Positions 14,938 through 27,500 of a stretch of 64,000 bases of DNA are shown here, piece by piece; position 1 is the first letter of the stretch, and each line of letters starts with the position of its first letter. The DNA lies in the NCBI RefSeq assembly GCF_002105155.1, contig NW_019028993.1, positions 744,001 to 808,000 of the forward strand, in the 5' to 3' direction. Under the pieces are notes generated by a model. That model worked only from the letters and a program-made list of their open reading frames with translations, made no database searches and had not been told where the DNA came from. Source of the stretch: Lobosporangium transversale (lineage: Eukaryota). The translations under genes and the position numbers were made by a program.

Positions 14938-15617
14938 TTAAACATTGTGCTTGTGATCCTCCTCAGCAGCCCTGATGAACTCGCGGATGAAGGCTGCCTC
15001 GTCCTGGGAAGAAGCATGAATGACGTTAGCAGGAGCCTCCTTTTTAGTCATCTTCGAGGCAATGATGGGGGTTGCAACGGCAGCATAAGTGGCAAGGGCC
15101 AACTAAAGATATAAACAGTGAACAGAATAGAAAAAAAAATGCGTTAAGTGAAAGGCGGCTCAGTTGAGAGGACATATTGAGCTAACTCAAGGGTGTACGC
15201 TTCAGATAATAGTAACGTTGCATCCACTGTAAGTATAGCTATTATTTGTCCTGCTTTCATGGAGCATGATCTGTCATATTTCATATTGCATATAGGACAT
15301 GTGTATTTTTGTGGACATGTTCAAGAGTTTGAGACATTGCACATTAATTGGATCATCGAGAGAGGATAACAACCGCTCTTCCAGAGTTCTTTTTGATGCT
15401 GCATTAAGGGTTGGAGTGTCAAGCATCTTTTTTTTTAATAAAGTGCTACAGATTGTGATCCGAGATTATCCGTTGAGGTTGATCCATGTTGTGAAAAGCA
15501 AAAAAAAAAGATCACAGTAGTAAGTGATATTATGGGAAGAGAGAATGAAAGAGAGAACAGGAAAGATACCTTGTAGGTGGGGACGGCACGACCAAAGACA
15601 ATGTATTCAGCTCCCAT
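14938..15617 (-). CDS. ATP19: Mitochondrial ATP synthase subunit k (70 aa); exons 15617-15570 and 15102-14938
   Basis: Spliced product MGAEYIVFGRAVPTYK|LALATYAAVATPIIASKMTKKEAPANVIHASSQDEAAFIREFIRAAEEDHKHNV fits the Atp19 pattern (MGxxY.. start, hydrophobic helix, DExxFI end). Confidence 0.8.
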
Positions 15618-16473
15618 GGTGATGGTTTGGATGGATGAATGAAGGATAAGTTTGATGGATGGAGGATTGGCCCTGACATCATCCTGTCACCGCTTTATTT
15701 TCGTCACGGTAGTTAAGGGTTTTAAATCAAGCCACACAGACGCGTCTCGAATCAGTCTTGACTATGGAAAAAATATTCGTCCTCGCATCCACATTTCTCT
15801 GTCTCTCTATCTGCCTTGCTTACCACAACTGGGAGCCGTATTTCTCAGTGATATTCCCACCTTTCTTTATTTCCCTTCCCAATGTGCCACTTCAATCATT
15901 TAACCCACTTGGGCAGGCTCCAGAACTCAAGGGAAGGAAAGTCCACAACAGATTCTTCCGAATAACCCACCCCAAGGTACCATGGGCATATCGGAAGGCG
16001 ATGGGCACTGGTGTTCGCTACTACTTCATCTACTTATCTCTTTCTTTTGAGCTTGAACCCTTCACATCGTCATATGGCTAGATAGAGGAGCTATTATCAA
16101 CTCCATAGCGCTTTCATGCCTATGGCATGTCACTTCAATGCATTATTCCTTCATCATTGGGTAAGGCAAACGAAAGCCTCTATTTAGAGCATTATCCTCC
16201 TTTCCCTAAATGACCTAGTTGAGAGTGAGCTAAGGCTAGTTATGATTTTAGACACATGAGCACAAGTAGTTGGCTATCAACTTCGAAGGCCGCTATTGAC
16301 GATAGAACATATGAGGCTACTATGGCAATATCCCCTTGTAGTGAGCGACAAACGTATTTGAAGATGAGACATTCAGTATGAACGCAAACATGTGGTGTCA
16401 TATAAAAAGTATATGCTGTTGGAAAATAAACATTTGCACAGCATCTGCTTGTGGTTACACAAGTTGGTCATGA

Positions 16474-16510
<37 letters not shown>

Positions 16511-16587
16511 GCAAGAGCTGCCGTTAAAGCAATGGACATTAAAAATGATTTAATTTATTCTTGAAAATGAAAAGAACCTGATGCTTA

Positions 16588-18111
16588 TCATACTTCTGTT
16601 CTTGAATGCAAAACGAATGCATCTAGACGTGACCCACAATCAGCATCATAAACTTCCCAGATCAACCGACGATCGCCAGTGACCTTCATGAGGACATAAT
16701 GGTGTCGAAACTTGGTCTTGCCAGCCTTCCAAACTGAATAATCCTCGACTTGCTCTGTGTCTAATGCGCCACCGGCACCACCAATGACAGTATAGACCAT
16801 GTAGTCATCTTGACCACGCATGTAATTGTGTTGATGGCCCGAAATCACCAGGTCAACATTATGCTGCTGAAATAGAGGTACATATCGTGTTCTAACGAAT
16901 GATCCCCATTGCTTTTCTCCCTTGTTCTCCCAGGCATTCTTCTCCCAGTACTGTGTGTAAGGCGAAATATGGACCAAGACCAGCCTGAACCATGCTTTTC
17001 TAGAAGCCTCTGATTTGAGCTCCTCTTCCAGCCAACGATCCTGTTCACGGCTGTCAAGGTTTGAATCAAGAACAATAAACCGAATGCCAGCAACAGTATA
17101 GGCATGCCATGTACGCCTGCCAGTGTAATGATAGAGTCCCTGAGGATCATAATCATGATTACCATGGGTGTAGATCAGAGGTGTCGTCTGACCAATTTTA
17201 AAGTACGAGAGTGGCGAAGCAAAATCTGTCTGCCAATTGTCGAGTGAATTGTAGTCCTGTACGGCATCGCCAGCATGGATAAGATAATCTATTTTGTGAT
17301 GCTCTGTCATGGCCTTGAGAACTTTGATAAACTGAGCGACTTCACATTGATTGTCGGACACGGCCCCAAAGCGAGCGATCTCTCGATCAGCCAGCAGAGG
17401 TGGGTTAGGTAAGTGTGAAAATGTATAAGATCGGAAAAGGTGCGACATAGCCCTCGGAGGATTGATGGAGTAAGTGATATTACTGTTGACGGAGGGCATT
17501 CCAGAAATTGTGGCAGTGTAAACAACATGCAGTTTGTCGATAGAAAGAAAACTGGTCATGGCTTGACCGACATTCCCGATGTTGCCACTGTCCATACGAT
17601 TTGACGAAGTAGAAGAGGAGGAGACCCAAGTAAGTCCCATGTCAGGCAATTTGCAGTTCATCTCCCAAATCACCAAAACTGTTGAAGTGTCCTTGACGAA
17701 CAGCATCGGGTCTTTACGATAAGAACAGCGCTTGACATCCCAATTAAACGCCCAGTTCTTGATCTTGAAGCCAGCGATGGCAGACCAGGTTGACATGTCC
17801 TGAAAATAAAGATAGACCAAGAATGCGTAGAGACCAAGGCCTAAGATGATGGGGTAGCGGATTTGGCGACGCCTCCTTGGGATAAAAGAAAGAATCTTAT
17901 CAATCCGGTCTGAGAGGGTGCTGTTTGGTCCATGGAGCATCATTGGATGACGGCTATGAAATCTAGCACTCAAGCCCGTCCCCGTTGCTGAAGGAGGAGT
18001 TGCAATGATGGTTGGTTGGACGTTGGTGGAGATGGGCGCCGGTGCAGGCATGCTCTGCCGTCGCTGATGTTGCCTCCCCATGCCAGTTTTGCTCGCACTG
18101 ATGTTTGACAT
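16588..18111 (-). CDS. Membrane-anchored metallophosphoesterase (purple acid phosphatase-like), intronless
   Basis: SDNQ, HAGD, GNHD, VH and SGHQH metal-binding motifs; N-terminal TM segment. Confidence 0.8.
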   Translation of the reverse strand: MSNISASKTGMGRQHQRRQSMPAPAPISTNVQPTIIATPPSATGTGLSARFHSRHPMMLHGPNSTLSDRIDKILSFIPRRRRQIRYPIILGLGLYAFLVYLYFQDMSTWSAIAGFKIKNWAFNWDVKRCSYRKDPMLFVKDTSTVLVIWEMNCKLPDMGLTWVSSSSTSSNRMDSGNIGNVGQAMTSFLSIDKLHVVYTATISGMPSVNSNITYSINPPRAMSHLFRSYTFSHLPNPPLLADREIARFGAVSDNQCEVAQFIKVLKAMTEHHKIDYLIHAGDAVQDYNSLDNWQTDFASPLSYFKIGQTTPLIYTHGNHDYDPQGLYHYTGRRTWHAYTVAGIRFIVLDSNLDSREQDRWLEEELKSEASRKAWFRLVLVHISPYTQYWEKNAWENKGEKQWGSFVRTRYVPLFQQHNVDLVISGHQHNYMRGQDDYMVYTVIGGAGGALDTEQVEDYSVWKAGKTKFRHHYVLMKVTGDRRLIWEVYDADCGSRLDAFVLHSRTEV

Positions 18112-19365
18112 TGCAAACTATATGAGAATGTGTTGAAAAGTAGGCAGGAAAAAAAAGGAGAGGGTGAGGGAGTTCCAAAGAGAGCGCAATGTTCTCTGAA
18201 GGAATGAGAAAAAAAAAAAAAAAAAAAGATCAATACGTTCGGATCGCCATCTGCATCGTTTTCATTCATTTTGATAAACTAGTGAATAAGGTTCGGCATT
18301 TTTTTTTTTTTTTTTTTTCCTCAGATGTTGGCTCTTACCCTTGGTTGATGCTGATGAATGTGACAAGAGAAAAAAAAAAAAAAAAAAAAAAAACCAGAGA
18401 TGGAGAATAGAGCGAAAGAAAGGGAAGGAGCAGTTGAACGAAAAGAACAAAGAAGGTACAGAGAGAGAGCATGAGAGCCCCCATCCTCTGGGAGATTGGT
18501 GCATGTGTCTAGTGGTCTAGTGGTACAGCAATGTCAATCTGTATGAGAAATTATCTGTGAAAGAGGCTTTGAGCCATTTAATAACATTTATTGTACTCCC
18601 AATGTGTAAAAAGAATCATCCTTATTAACTTTGTTTTTCTCTTCATAATTCATACTCACAGCTAGAGTAGATACAAGTCATCCTTCAGCTTACCACAATA
18701 CCGCAATTCCCAAAGGTCCTGCTGGGGGAATGTGGCCAGATCTATGTGGGCAGTATACCCATAGAGCCTTAAAGCTGTAAAGCGATCTACTTTTGGTGGA
18801 TGGGATATCAAGTACATTTTGGGCTGGATAGTTTTTCAGTTTCAGATGTATCACCTTGAGACATTTTGGTGTTCCACCACGTTGAGTCTCGGACAGAGAA
18901 AAGAGACGCGTATTTCAGACTAGGCACAACCAACGTTGACAGACTCCGCAATCACTACAATTGTGATGTTCAACGCTCGGTCCCTGTCCATTTCTTTCCC
19001 TTTGCTGTGCCTTTTTCTTTCTTTCTTTCTTTCTTTTTGTACCTTGGAAAGTAGATTGACATATGCTAGAAATAACACAGATGAAATGATGTAAACAAAG
19101 CATGATCCGCTCCTTGTCCATGTGCTCCTAGTTGGACATTCCCTTCTCTTCTAATCCTTGAATCTTTGGAATGGCCTATTTCGCGCAGAAGGTTGTCCCA
19201 AAATCAGCTCCCCCTACTTCACTCCTTTTCATATTAAATATTCATAGATCTTCTTCATCTTGTGTTGATTTCCTTGCTCCTCTTCTCTCTTTCTCTTTCT
19301 CCTGGATTTTTACCTGCCTTCCTTATATCCTTTTCGCTCTATCAGTCGTACTTTTACCGTCAAAC

Positions 19366-20522
19366 ATGTCCGTCAGTCCACAAACAGCTCTCATCATGCA
19401 GTCCATGTCTCAACCCAAAAGACGTGGTACGCTCGCATTTCCCATTCGTAACCTGCGTCGCTATTTGCACCTAATCTCCCAGCAAATCACTGTTGGTGCG
19501 TCTTTAATCATCAAACATCCATTCACGCCACCTCCTTGCCCTACATGGCCGTTACATTTGATACTTTTCATAGCCATGGTAAAAACCGCTACCGCTATGA
19601 AAGAGCATATTGCCGAGGATGTTCCGGATATTCGCAGGGCGCTCGACACATTCTTTTATTACCTGCCCAAACTGCCCCAGATGAGGATCGTGCCATTCAA
19701 AGTGCCGATCCCCACTCATGGTCGTGGATTACCCAGCATGCTAGAGCCGTTGGAACAATTAGAGACAGGCCACCGTATCGTCCCCGGTCAGTGGGTCGCA
19801 GACCGGGCAGTCTGGGATAACGTCATGGCGATGCCATTGGCTAGCTCGGCAAAAAAGTCCAAAGATCCATATGCGGCACGGGAGGGGGAAAAAATCATTT
19901 ATTTTACGCATGGAGGTGGATATTTCATCTGCAGCTCCGACACGCATCGTGAGATGCTCTGGAGGATATCTAGAGCCACTGGAAGGCGTATCTTTGGTAG
20001 GGACAAAATCTTTATGGTCTTTGCTTTTCACAATATCATGTTTACGAAAGACTGATATTTTTTTTTTCCTTCCATTCGATCATACATGCATATGCTGTTG
20101 ATGATGACAGCTGTGGATTATAGACTTGCTCCAGAGCATCCATACCCGGCAGCGGTACAGGATGCTTTGCATGCTTTTCTCCATTTGACCGATCCAAACG
20201 GGCTAGGGTTTAGTCCTGAGAACGTTACAGTTTCAGGCGATTCAGCAGGCGGGGGACTTGCCATTGCAATGATGATGTACCAACGCGACCATGGTTTGCC
20301 AATGCCTTCTAAAGCCATCTTACTCTCTGTAAGTTTCAACTCGGTTGGAATAGAGCTCCTAAAAAAAAAAAAAAGAAACCAAAGACAAAGTGTGGGAGAG
20401 TGACGCATTGATTGATTGAATAACAAGCCACATTCTAGCGTCCATTTGATGAAGAAGTGGATTGTAGGAATTGTGATACCCCTGGATAAAAAGAACGATA
20501 TAGCATTTTAACATGTCATGCC

Positions 20523-20554
<32 letters not shown>

Positions 20555-21255
20555 CACTTCCTTAGCCATGGCTTGATCTTACCATGACCTGCGAGTCGTG
20601 GGCCAGTGATTCATTAGACTACTTGCCCGCGCGATTTAATATGGACCATAGCTTCAATCCAATTTTATTTTATTGTTCAGGACGTGACAAGATCAAGACA
20701 CTTGCCAAACACCCATACCTTTCCCCACTTTGGGGCAATCTTGAGGGCCTCCCGCCACTTTTAATTCAATGTGGTGAGGCGGAGCGGCTCCTAGATGAAT
20801 GCATCCTATTCACTTTCAAAGCTGGTGGATGGTTTGGCTCATATGACAAGCTTCCATTCCAACCAGAGTCCATAGGCCGAACTCAAGATCGAAAAAAAGT
20901 AGAGCTTGAGTTGTATCCACACATGGTCCATGTTTTTCAGATAATCCCATTTCTACCGGGTACAGAACTGGCCTTACAAAGGATGTTGGAGTTTATGCAG
21001 CGCCATGAGTCCACGAAGGATGAGAAGATGCGGATGCAAGGATTGACATATAACGCGAATATCTCAGTACCAGTATCGACGCAAATTGTAATGAATGAAA
21101 CATTGGGGATGATGGAGGACAGTGAAGAAGATACCTTGACCAAATTGGCATTATGTCCTTTGGATAAGCTTCCATTGCTTCTTCAATTGCACGAAGATGA
21201 TGCTCGATTGGAGGCATTCGAAGGCATAAACGATATTGTGCCGTGCGAGGCATAG
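19366..21255 (+). CDS. Alpha/beta hydrolase, hormone-sensitive lipase family (3 exons)
   Basis: HGGG oxyanion motif, DYRLAPEHPYPAA, GDSAGG nucleophile, HVFQ. Confidence 0.9.
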
Positions 21256-21961
21256 AAATCATATTGTTGCAGGAGTGATGTACTTGCGTCAATATACCAA
21301 CTGTAGAACTGTATAGAAAGACAAGAGCGTAAAGTGCTACCTTTAAATATTAAAAAGTCAATGCGTCAACCTTTACGCGCGTTTGAGAAAAATTTATGGT
21401 TTCAAATGCTGTCTCGTGTGACAAGTGACAAGTGGCAATTTATAATGCAATTCTTTCATCACTGGGTATTGTGGGTATTGATTTAGGACTGAAAATGAAG
21501 CCATTCGACCCCACTTTGTCCATTTTGATCTAACGAAAAAGAAAAATGATCTAAACTTTTTGCTTCCTGCTTCTTGCTTCTTGTTCCCATTGTTTGTCTA
21601 AATTACGTTGTTCTACGCCGAAATGACATTTTCATTATCGAACAAAAAGGGTAAATGAATGCTTCACAACGAAGCTTTTAGGCTGTGAACTAAAAAATGC
21701 TAAAAACGACAGTTGTTTTTATTGACTTTACCTCAGGTGTAAAAGGCCTATCGGCTTTTGTTGCAACTTCCCCAGCCCTGTCGTTCAATTCGTTCAATGT
21801 CAATTATGCATGGATCACAAATAAAGTTTTATTTGTGTTCACATCCACTCATCTATCCCACTTCTTTTTTTTTTTTTTTTTTTTTTTTCCTCTTATCTCT
21901 GCTCTCCTCTCCTCCTCTCTTTTTTACTTTCATTTACCATCCATTTTCATCTATTGTAACA

Positions 21962-23518
21962 ATGACTTCTCCCATCATTCCTCTCATCGATGACATCTCT
22001 ATTCTCTATTCTGAGCCAAAGTTAGACGCTGCTCGCGCTCGTTGGGCCGACCTTGTCTCTCAGTTCGAACAACTCTATGGTCGCGTGCCTGATTTCATTG
22101 CCCGCTCGCCTGGTCGTGTGAACCTCATTGGTGAACATATTGACTATGCTGGTTTCGGCGTCTTACCCATGGCTATCGAAAATGACTGCCTAATCGCTGT
22201 CGCGGTCGATCATACCAATAACAAGGTCCAACTCGCAAATGTTAACAGCAAGAAATATCCTACGCTTGAATTCACACCGAAACCTAGACAGGAAGGCTAT
22301 GTCTCTATTAATCCTGAAGAACACGTCTGGAGTAATTACTTTTCTGCTGGTTATCGTGGTATCCTTGAGGAACTTCGTATTGAACAGCCCAAGGGAATGC
22401 TTTGCCTTATGAGCGGAACTGTCCCTACAGGTGCAGGACTTTCCTCTTCTTCTGCCTTTGTCTGCTGTGCTGTCAATGCTACTGTCAAGGCTCAAGAGTC
22501 CCTACTGGAGAAGAGTAAGATGCCTTCGGCGCATGAGCTCGCCATTATTTCTATTCGCTCTGAACGTTACGTCGGCACTATGGGTGGCGGCATGGACCAA
22601 GCCTGCTCTATTCTCTCTAAACCTCAATCAGCTCTTTTCATCGAGTTTCATCCTGTCCTCAAGGTCACACCTGTCTTTTTCCCTACAACTCAGCCACCCA
22701 TCGCTTTTGTGATTGCAAACACAATGGTCACCTCAGATAAGGCAGTGACAGCTCCTGTTCGATACAACCTACGAGTAGTCGAGACACGAGGCGCTGCCAG
22801 AATCCTGGCACTTGCGTTAGGTATCCCAATCCCAGCCTCAGGAAAATTGCATTTGAAACAGGTCTTGGATGCACATTTTGAGAACATTGGTTACCAAGCT
22901 GCAGGCAAGACCGAGGCGGAGGCCGAAATCGAAAAGCTGGCGGAAATGACCCAGATTGTTGAGCGTGTCTTGGGAACAGAGGAGATTCGATCCGGTATCA
23001 GCTTTGAAAAGATGTGTGAATTGGCCGATATTAGCAAAGATGAATTCACTAGACTATATATCCATCAACAGATCCGTGCGGACACATTCCATTTGTATCG
23101 CCGAGCCAAACATGTCTACAGTGAAGAGAAACGTGTAGTACAGTTTAGGGATACCTGTGAAAAATCCATGAAAAACCAGGATTTGGCTTCAGAGACTCTT
23201 TTTTCACAGCTGGGTGATCTCATGAATGCTTCGCAGGATTCTTGCCACAAACTGTATGACTGCTCATGCGATGAACTTGAAGAGCTGACGGCACTGGCGC
23301 GTCGCGCAGGCGCCTATGGTTCAAGACTGACAGGCGCAGGGTGGGGCGGTGCAACAATCTCGCTGATCACAGAGGACAAAGTACCAGCGTTTATCGCGTA
23401 CTTGAAGAAGGAGTTCTATGCTAAGCACTATCCTGACCTGGGAGGCGCCGAGCTCGATCGCGCAATTTTTGCCACCGCACCCTCCAGTGGAGCTGCAACC
23501 TTTGTTGGACGCATTTAA
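21962..23518 (+). CDS. GAL1: Galactokinase (GHMP family), intronless
   Basis: PGRVNLIGEHIDY, PTGAGLSSSSA, GGMDQ, GSRLTGAGWGG. Confidence 0.92.
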   Translation: MTSPIIPLIDDISILYSEPKLDAARARWADLVSQFEQLYGRVPDFIARSPGRVNLIGEHIDYAGFGVLPMAIENDCLIAVAVDHTNNKVQLANVNSKKYPTLEFTPKPRQEGYVSINPEEHVWSNYFSAGYRGILEELRIEQPKGMLCLMSGTVPTGAGLSSSSAFVCCAVNATVKAQESLLEKSKMPSAHELAIISIRSERYVGTMGGGMDQACSILSKPQSALFIEFHPVLKVTPVFFPTTQPPIAFVIANTMVTSDKAVTAPVRYNLRVVETRGAARILALALGIPIPASGKLHLKQVLDAHFENIGYQAAGKTEAEAEIEKLAEMTQIVERVLGTEEIRSGISFEKMCELADISKDEFTRLYIHQQIRADTFHLYRRAKHVYSEEKRVVQFRDTCEKSMKNQDLASETLFSQLGDLMNASQDSCHKLYDCSCDELEELTALARRAGAYGSRLTGAGWGGATISLITEDKVPAFIAYLKKEFYAKHYPDLGGAELDRAIFATAPSSGAATFVGRI

Positions 23519-23694
23519 AATTAATAATGATAATGATAAATTAAATCACGTGCATCCATTTATGTTTCACCTCTGTTTGTGTCTGAGAAAAAAGAAACTT
23601 GGCTTGTTCCTGACAATGACCAATCTTTCATTTATGCCTCCATTTTATTTTTTTTTTATTTTTCTATTCATTCTCCTAAAATTCTACATTAGCC

Positions 23695-24331
23695 ATGGAT
23701 TTAAAACGTATCAATGCTCTTATCCGAGACATTCCCGACTTTCCAAAACCGGGTATTCTGTTCAAGGACATCTTTCCATTGTTTCAGGATCCAATCGCTG
23801 TTGAAATGGTGATCACTCATATTGTGAACCATATCAATACATCCTTTGACAAGAAGATTGATGTTATTGTAGGTCTGGATGCTCGTGGTTTCCTTTTCGG
23901 TCCTATTATTGCTATGCGTCTTGGTGCCGCATTTGCCCCCGTCCGCAAGGCTGGCAAGCTTCCTGGCACCACTATCCAAGTCGCATATGAGAAGGAATAT
24001 GGCACTGTAATTCAACACGCACGATTTTTTTTTTCTTTTTTTCTTTTCATCTTTCGTTTATACTGTCTTTCAGTATCCTTCTAACTTTTTTTTTATATAT
24101 ATTATTTTTTTGTAGGACTTATTCGAGATGCAGTGTGACTCAATTAAGCCTGGTCAGAATGTGATTGTGATTGATGACTTGATTGCAACTGGTGGAAGCG
24201 CTAGGGGTGCTCAGGAACTGATTGAAAAGATGCGCGGCAATGTCTTATCTTTCATCTTCTTGATTGAACTTGAGTTTTTAAAGGGCAAGGACATCCTTAA
24301 AGCCCCTGTCTACTCCATGATCAAGGCTTGA
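23695..24331 (+). CDS. APT1: Adenine phosphoribosyltransferase (2 exons)
   Basis: PDFPKPGILFKDI, GLDARGF, VRKAGKLPG, VIDDLIATGGS. Confidence 0.95.
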
Positions 24332-24387
24332 AATGACATTGAGAATATAGAGGACATAGAAGACGTTGAATGTTGAAAGGGTACAAG

Positions 24388-24426
<39 letters not shown>

Positions 24427-24571
24427 AAATGACATAAAAGCATTGAGTGCAAGTGCAAAATGCAAAAATAAACAAAGATATAAAATAAAAAAATAGTGAA
24501 AGCTGGCGCTGGTAGACTCTTTACTATTGCTGAAGCTGTGTCGAGATCTAAAAAATTTTATGCCCCCATCT

Positions 24572-27500
24572 CTACTTTTTACGAACATAAAACAGGGTAT
24601 ATCCATGCTCGGACTAATGGAAGATAAAAGAAAGAGAGAGATAAATATGAGAGTCATTAGTATTTCATTTCAGTGCAAATGGAACACACAAACAACCATA
24701 GCCTACAAAGATGTTGAAGAAAAAGAAAAAAAAGAAAAAAATCCTCTACCACTGCTACACTCTTGTCACATGGCGATACTCGCGAGTCATCAAAGTTAAT
24801 CCAGCTATTAGGGGTCTCTCCACGGACACATGCTGTATAATGCCCACTACTGACTTCTCCTGAATGATTCGATACTGCATAGAGGTCATAGATCGCAGGT
24901 TCCGAAACTAGTCCATTTGCGCTTGGTCGCTTTGGCAGATATGGGGTTAAATCAAGATCCTGAATAGGATATTGCACCATGGTCTTGATCTTGTTTTTAA
25001 ACGGACCATCGGATGAAAACCGCTTGAGCTGGATAAGCAACACATCTGGCACGCGACTGATGGTCAATTGCTTGGTCGCTTTGCGTGGTTTCTTGCAATT
25101 CGGACAATTCCATGCGTTGTCACCATCCATCACCTCTGCCTCCACGAATGTATTCAAACATGACATTAATGTTTGAGGTTGCCGTCCAGTGGTCTTTGCC
25201 TTAATTGGCAGTGCAAGGTACATAAATGCATTATAGGTAGTCGAGGTCTTGCCACATTTTGTGCAACAGAGGCGATTCTTGAACTGCCCCTGGAAGAGCT
25301 TGACCACGATCGAATTGTCCCGTCTCAGATATCTCTGCCATGCTATGTCAGAAGCCTCGTATTCTGGTAAGGATTCCATCCGTGCATCATCCGCCTCTGA
25401 GCCTTCATCATCCCCTGGTGGTGGTGGTCGAGGTTCTGCTTTCAAATCCTCATGAAGACCATCCAACAAAAACGACAAAAACTCTTGTGAATCATGCTGC
25501 TCCGTGCCTTTGAATTGGGGCGCAAATCCTCCAATCGCTAGTCGGAAACTCGTTGGCGAGACCACTAACGACTGTCCACTCCACATGCTACTGATCAGGT
25601 CATAAAACGCCTCTGCAAGCTTCCCTTGTGTTCCTAAAGGATTCTTTATATTGATGTTGCGCTTAAAGCTTCCATCCAAGAAATAACGCGAAAGGGGGGG
25701 TGTTGCAATCAAGCACTGAATGACAGAATTCATAAAGCAGGTGTTGCCCAAGTTGGTCAACCCAGTCTTTCCGAGCTGTGAGCCACCAATCTTTGAAAAC
25801 CCAGAACCAAATTTGGTATAGTCCTTGAGATCATTCATTCCTGGGGGTTGTGGGAGTGGGCGCATGGGTTTGACTGGAATAGGAGGACGAGTAGCACCAT
25901 TAGGTGCAGGAGCTGGGAGACCAGGTCCCGAAGGAGTGTTACTATCAGTTGACGGAGGGCCTAATATGCTTGTACCAGAAATAGGAATCTTGTCTGGGAT
26001 CGGTGGCAACATTGGATTGCCTGAATGGGGTTTCTCAGACGCGCCAAAATTGTTCCAATGGTTATCATAAATGGTTAATCGTCTTTGAAGTCCTGCTGCA
26101 GATTTGTCCCGTTGACGCATGCCACCCAATTGCTGCCCCATATCCTGAGCTCTCAAATCATAAATATTATGAATTCCATTCGGTTGATTGGAAATTGTAG
26201 CGCCGTGAGAGCCGGAAGTAGGGGGAATAGAGTTGAGACTTGATGGAGGTGGGGAATAAGATGCGTTAACACTACTGTAAGGCGTTGCTTGTGGGGGATA
26301 GGCTGGGTTTGACAGGTTTGACGGATTTGATCCGATCCGCGGATTCACCATCGATTGCGGACCATCATCACGCTTAATCTAAAATCCAAAAAAGCAAGAG
26401 ATATTATTATTTTATCACTTAGACGCCAATAAATTTGATCATATACCGTATAGTAAAGATGTATTTTATCCCATAAGCGACCTACATATTCCCCAATGGT
26501 CCTGCGGATAATCCTACCATCATGGCGGTTAATGCCCCCCCCTTGTGAAAGTTTAGCGAATAAAGCATGGCTTTGTGGCTGAAGACCAGGTTGGTTCTGA
26601 AGGCTCTCCCGAGAGTTAATTGAAGACACATCGCTACTATCCGATATTGGTGGTGGAGTCTGTCCAATTCGCTTTGCAGCATCCACGCCAGTACCCTTGA
26701 CCCAGTTCATTCCCGCACAATCAAGCCATGCATTAAAACCACCGACTAACAATACCGGTCTTTTTTGCAGCGGTGTCCCAAATTCGAGATCAACTAATGC
26801 TCTGCACAGGTTGCAAAGTGGTCCAGAGGTTGGTATCTCCATGCTACTTTGATCGTAGTATATAACAAGGGCGAACTTTGCTCGCTCCGCAAATAGCGCC
26901 CTTTCATCTGGTGGGTTATTGAATAATCCTTGTTCATAGAGAATTTTTGCCGATACACTATAGAGCACAAACAAGGTTATAATCAACTTCTTTATGTATA
27001 TGGATGTTGGTGTAGGAAGGATATATATGTCCAAACATTAGTCCCACTTACCCATCTCGAAGGGCTGGCGGCTCAATATTGATGACGGAGGGTGCTTTGA
27101 TACTGGCGTTAACATATTGAACTTGCATACGAACATCAATCAGCAATAATGCTGGAGGATTTGGTTGCCGCATATACTCCAAAAGCCTTTGGGGTTTAAT
27201 TGAAAGGGGGTATTTGTATTCTTCAGTCTTACTCCCGTTACTTGTTGCACTATTGGGTTGTACTTTGTTAGTGGAAGGAGGCGTGTTATCAAGACTCATC
27301 CCAACTTCATTTATTTTTCCATTGGTAATAGCCGCGGGTGTAGGTGCGGATGCTGGTGACGTTATCGTATGGACTGGCCGTGGCATAGGGATTGGGCTGG
27401 ACGAAAGTTGTGATGAATAACTTGAGCCTGAGAGTGCGGATGTAGAGGCTGGATATGCTGGATATGCTGTTGATCCAGAGTTCCCCGTACTGCCAGTTGA

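Noticed and set aside
15103..15569. snoRNA in the ATP19 intron
   Set aside because: No convincing C/D or H/ACA box arrangement by eye
21962..23518. GAL gene cluster or horizontal transfer of intronless GAL1
   Set aside because: No GAL7/GAL10 neighbours; protein length and motifs are eukaryotic-type
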